27,953 nucleotides of DNA, taken from assembly GCA_963840855.1 (NCBI GenBank), contig CAWJBB010000009.1, forward strand, positions 1-27,953, written 5' to 3'. Source of the DNA: an uncultured delta proteobacterium. Its GTDB lineage: Bacteria > Desulfobacterota > Binatia > UBA9968. The notes under the pieces were generated by a model. It was given only the letters and a program-made list of their open reading frames with translations, ran no database searches and was not told the DNA's origin. The position numbers and the translations under genes were made by a program. Positions 26,374 to 27,953 of this stretch are shown here, in pieces. Position 1 is the first letter of the stretch. Each line of letters starts with the position of its first letter.

Positions 26374-26889
26374 TTACGCTTTGTTTCGAATTAACGCCGA
26401 TGACGGGCGCTGTACCGCTGCCGCGCCGGTGTCGCCATAAAGGGACACGGCCGGACGCGCGAGCGGCCTCAAGGCCTCGTTGAGATGGGACAGAAGATTT
26501 TCCATCAACCCGATGACACTGCGCTCATCGGCTTGCAGCCGGACAAAAGTTTCACGGGCGCGCGCCCGCACTGTCTGCAAACGATGACGCACCGGCAAGT
26601 CCTCGGGGCAAGCCGCAATCAAGCGGCGAAGCGCAACGGATTTATTGGGCGCGGCCTCCTGTGCCAACAGATTGCGGCGCCGCACTTCCAGTTCACCCAA
26701 AGAACGAAGCCATGGCCCGCGCGCTTCGATCTTGGCGATGAGCGCGTCCATATCCCAGCAGATAAGCGCTTGCCGTTGGGCCGCCAGGTTGTGGCTAAGT
26801 TCCTCGCCCACGGCGATCTCTTCTTCGAGAACTGCTGCCAGATCATTCAACTCTGGGTTCATGATCGGGTCTCGGCTTTCACTGATCAT
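26374..26889 (-). CDS. flgN: Flagellar export chaperone FlgN family
   Basis: Helical protein between flgM and flgK; TAATG overlap with the flgM stop; ends with Y-G...G and LIRNKA as FlgN proteins do. Alternative start at 26862. Confidence 0.78.
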   Translation of the reverse strand: MISESRDPIMNPELNDLAAVLEEEIAVGEELSHNLAAQRQALICWDMDALIAKIEARGPWLRSLGELEVRRRNLLAQEAAPNKSVALRRLIAACPEDLPVRHRLQTVRARARETFVRLQADERSVIGLMENLLSHLNEALRPLARPAVSLYGDTGAAAVQRPSSALIRNKA

Positions 26890-27200
26890 TAATCTTTAAG
26901 GAGCCGGGTGACCTCGGTGCGCAATATACTTTTGGCCACGTCTTCGGGCGCAACCTTGTACTCCCCGGCTTGTATTTGCTCCTTAATCTGGCGAACCTTT
27001 TCAGTGCGCAACTCGTTGCCCGTGCGGGCCAATTCGGCGATTTTTTGCAATTTTCGCGCTTCTTGTGAGATGTCAACTTTGGCGGAATCACCGCTTTGCT
27101 GAGTCTTGACCTCCCTAGCCTGTTTCTGCCCCACGGCCTTGTCATTTTGCACGAGCTGAGAGGGATCGGTGTTCGCCGGTCCTCTTTGGGTGATTTTCAT
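26889..27200 (-). CDS. flgM: Anti-sigma-28 factor FlgM
   Basis: KVDISQEA...RTEKVRQIKEQIQAGEYKVAPEDVAKSIL; RBS AGAAGGAGA. Confidence 0.95.
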   Translation of the reverse strand: MKITQRGPANTDPSQLVQNDKAVGQKQAREVKTQQSGDSAKVDISQEARKLQKIAELARTGNELRTEKVRQIKEQIQAGEYKVAPEDVAKSILRTEVTRLLKD

Positions 27201-27222
27201 CAGGTTCTCCTTCTAAATTGAC

Positions 27223-27249
27223 GCATCGGCAAGGGGGAACATTTCTTTA
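27223..27249 (-). promoter_or_regulatory. Sigma-28 (FliA) promoter of flgM
   Basis: Minus strand TAAA-N15-GCCGATGC versus consensus TAAA-N15-GCCGATAA, 22 nt upstream of the flgM ATG. Confidence 0.85.
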
Positions 27250-27256
27250 GCTCCCC

Positions 27257-27272
27257 CAAACCTCGAGGTTTG
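27257..27272. promoter_or_regulatory. Perfect 16-bp palindrome upstream of the sigma-28 promoter
   Basis: CAAACCTCGAGGTTTG is its own reverse complement; its function is inferred only. Confidence 0.5.
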
Positions 27273-27304
27273 CCTCTATCATACTCTAACCGCCAAATAA
27301 TTCA

Positions 27305-27952
27305 TTAAACTATGGAGCTTACCTTCGTGCCTTTGAGTATACCCCCAACCATTGCCGAAGGGTCCACGGGTTTGCCTCCCTGGCGCACCTCAAAATGAAG
27401 ATGGGCGCCCGTGGCCCGGCCCGTACTCCCGACAATTGCGATGATCTGTCCAGCCTTGACCTCGTCGCCGGCTACCACAAAGTTCGCGGCATTATGGGCG
27501 TAACGGGTCGACATACCGTCCCCGTGGTCGATTTGCACCAGATTGCCGTAGCCTTTCGCCAGGCCACTGAAAGTAACTTTGCCGCTGGCGGGCGCCTTGA
27601 CTTCAGCACCCGCGGGAGCGGCGATGTCTACGCCGCTGTGAAAATGTTTCCGACCATGAATCGGGTCATGGCGCACGCCAAAGCCCGATGATACCACGCC
27701 ACCCACTGTTCCGCCCTCGGTCGCTTCGGCGCGGGGCTTGGTCGCCATCGTATCGATGGCCCGTTCCACCGTTTTGGTAAATCCCGTGGCATCCCGTTTC
27801 GCTAACACCCGTGCCATCTCGGTATCAAACATTGAGGTGTAAATATCCCGCGACAACGTATCGTTTTCGAAAAGGCCATCCTTGGGCAGCGTCGCGCGCA
27901 TAGCCTTTAGCACTTCGAGATACAGAAAGGATGCAAACTCCTGTGCGGTCTG
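27305..27952 (-). CDS. FlgJ-like rod-binding domain fused to M23 peptidase (5' partial, runs off the window)
   Basis: AQEFASFLYLEVLKAMRATLPKDGLF...IYTSMFD (rod-binding domain); SSGFGVRHDP, HSGVDIA, YAHN and TGAHLHFEV (M23 HxxxD and HxH). Confidence 0.88.
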   Translation of the reverse strand, partial: QTAQEFASFLYLEVLKAMRATLPKDGLFENDTLSRDIYTSMFDTEMARVLAKRDATGFTKTVERAIDTMATKPRAEATEGGTVGGVVSSGFGVRHDPIHGRKHFHSGVDIAAPAGAEVKAPASGKVTFSGLAKGYGNLVQIDHGDGMSTRYAHNAANFVVAGDEVKAGQIIAIVGSTGRATGAHLHFEVRQGGKPVDPSAMVGGILKGTKVSSIV

Positions 27953-27953
27953 C

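Overview
Bacterial window, mostly GC-rich; gene style suggests a deltaproteobacterial or Candidatus Binatia-like organism (inference, not verified). It has four blocks. (1) 1-4.7 kb: an AT-richer segment encoding a FadL/TodX-type outer-membrane channel and an SDR, bounded on the left by a frameshifted FadL N-terminal remnant and on the right by a truncated response-regulator remnant, next to a HAMP sensor kinase. (2) 4.9-13.6 kb: an intact, apparently uncharacterised catabolic operon: Asp-box beta-propeller, ferritin-like diiron paralog with degenerate ligands, 2[4Fe-4S] ferredoxin, ferritin-like paralog with a full ligand set, second ferredoxin, Cys-less isochorismatase-family hydrolase, second propeller, maiA. 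It is followed by a YdcF/DUF218 gene, a convergent bicupin and an internally deleted acetamidase. (3) 13.7-22.5 kb (minus strand): a pseudaminic-acid-type glycosylation cluster (pseC, pseG, pseH-like, pseI, methyltransferase, Gfo/Idh/MocA, SpsF-aminotransferase fusion) whose first gene pseB is reduced to a 40-aa stub. (4) 22.8-28 kb (minus strand): a decaying flagellar locus with intact flgJ-like/M23, flgM, flgN and csrA, frameshifted flgK, flgL and fliW, and no flagellin gene. The best novel-system candidate is the paired ferritin-like diiron/ferredoxin operon. All family assignments come from motifs read by eye, with no database search.
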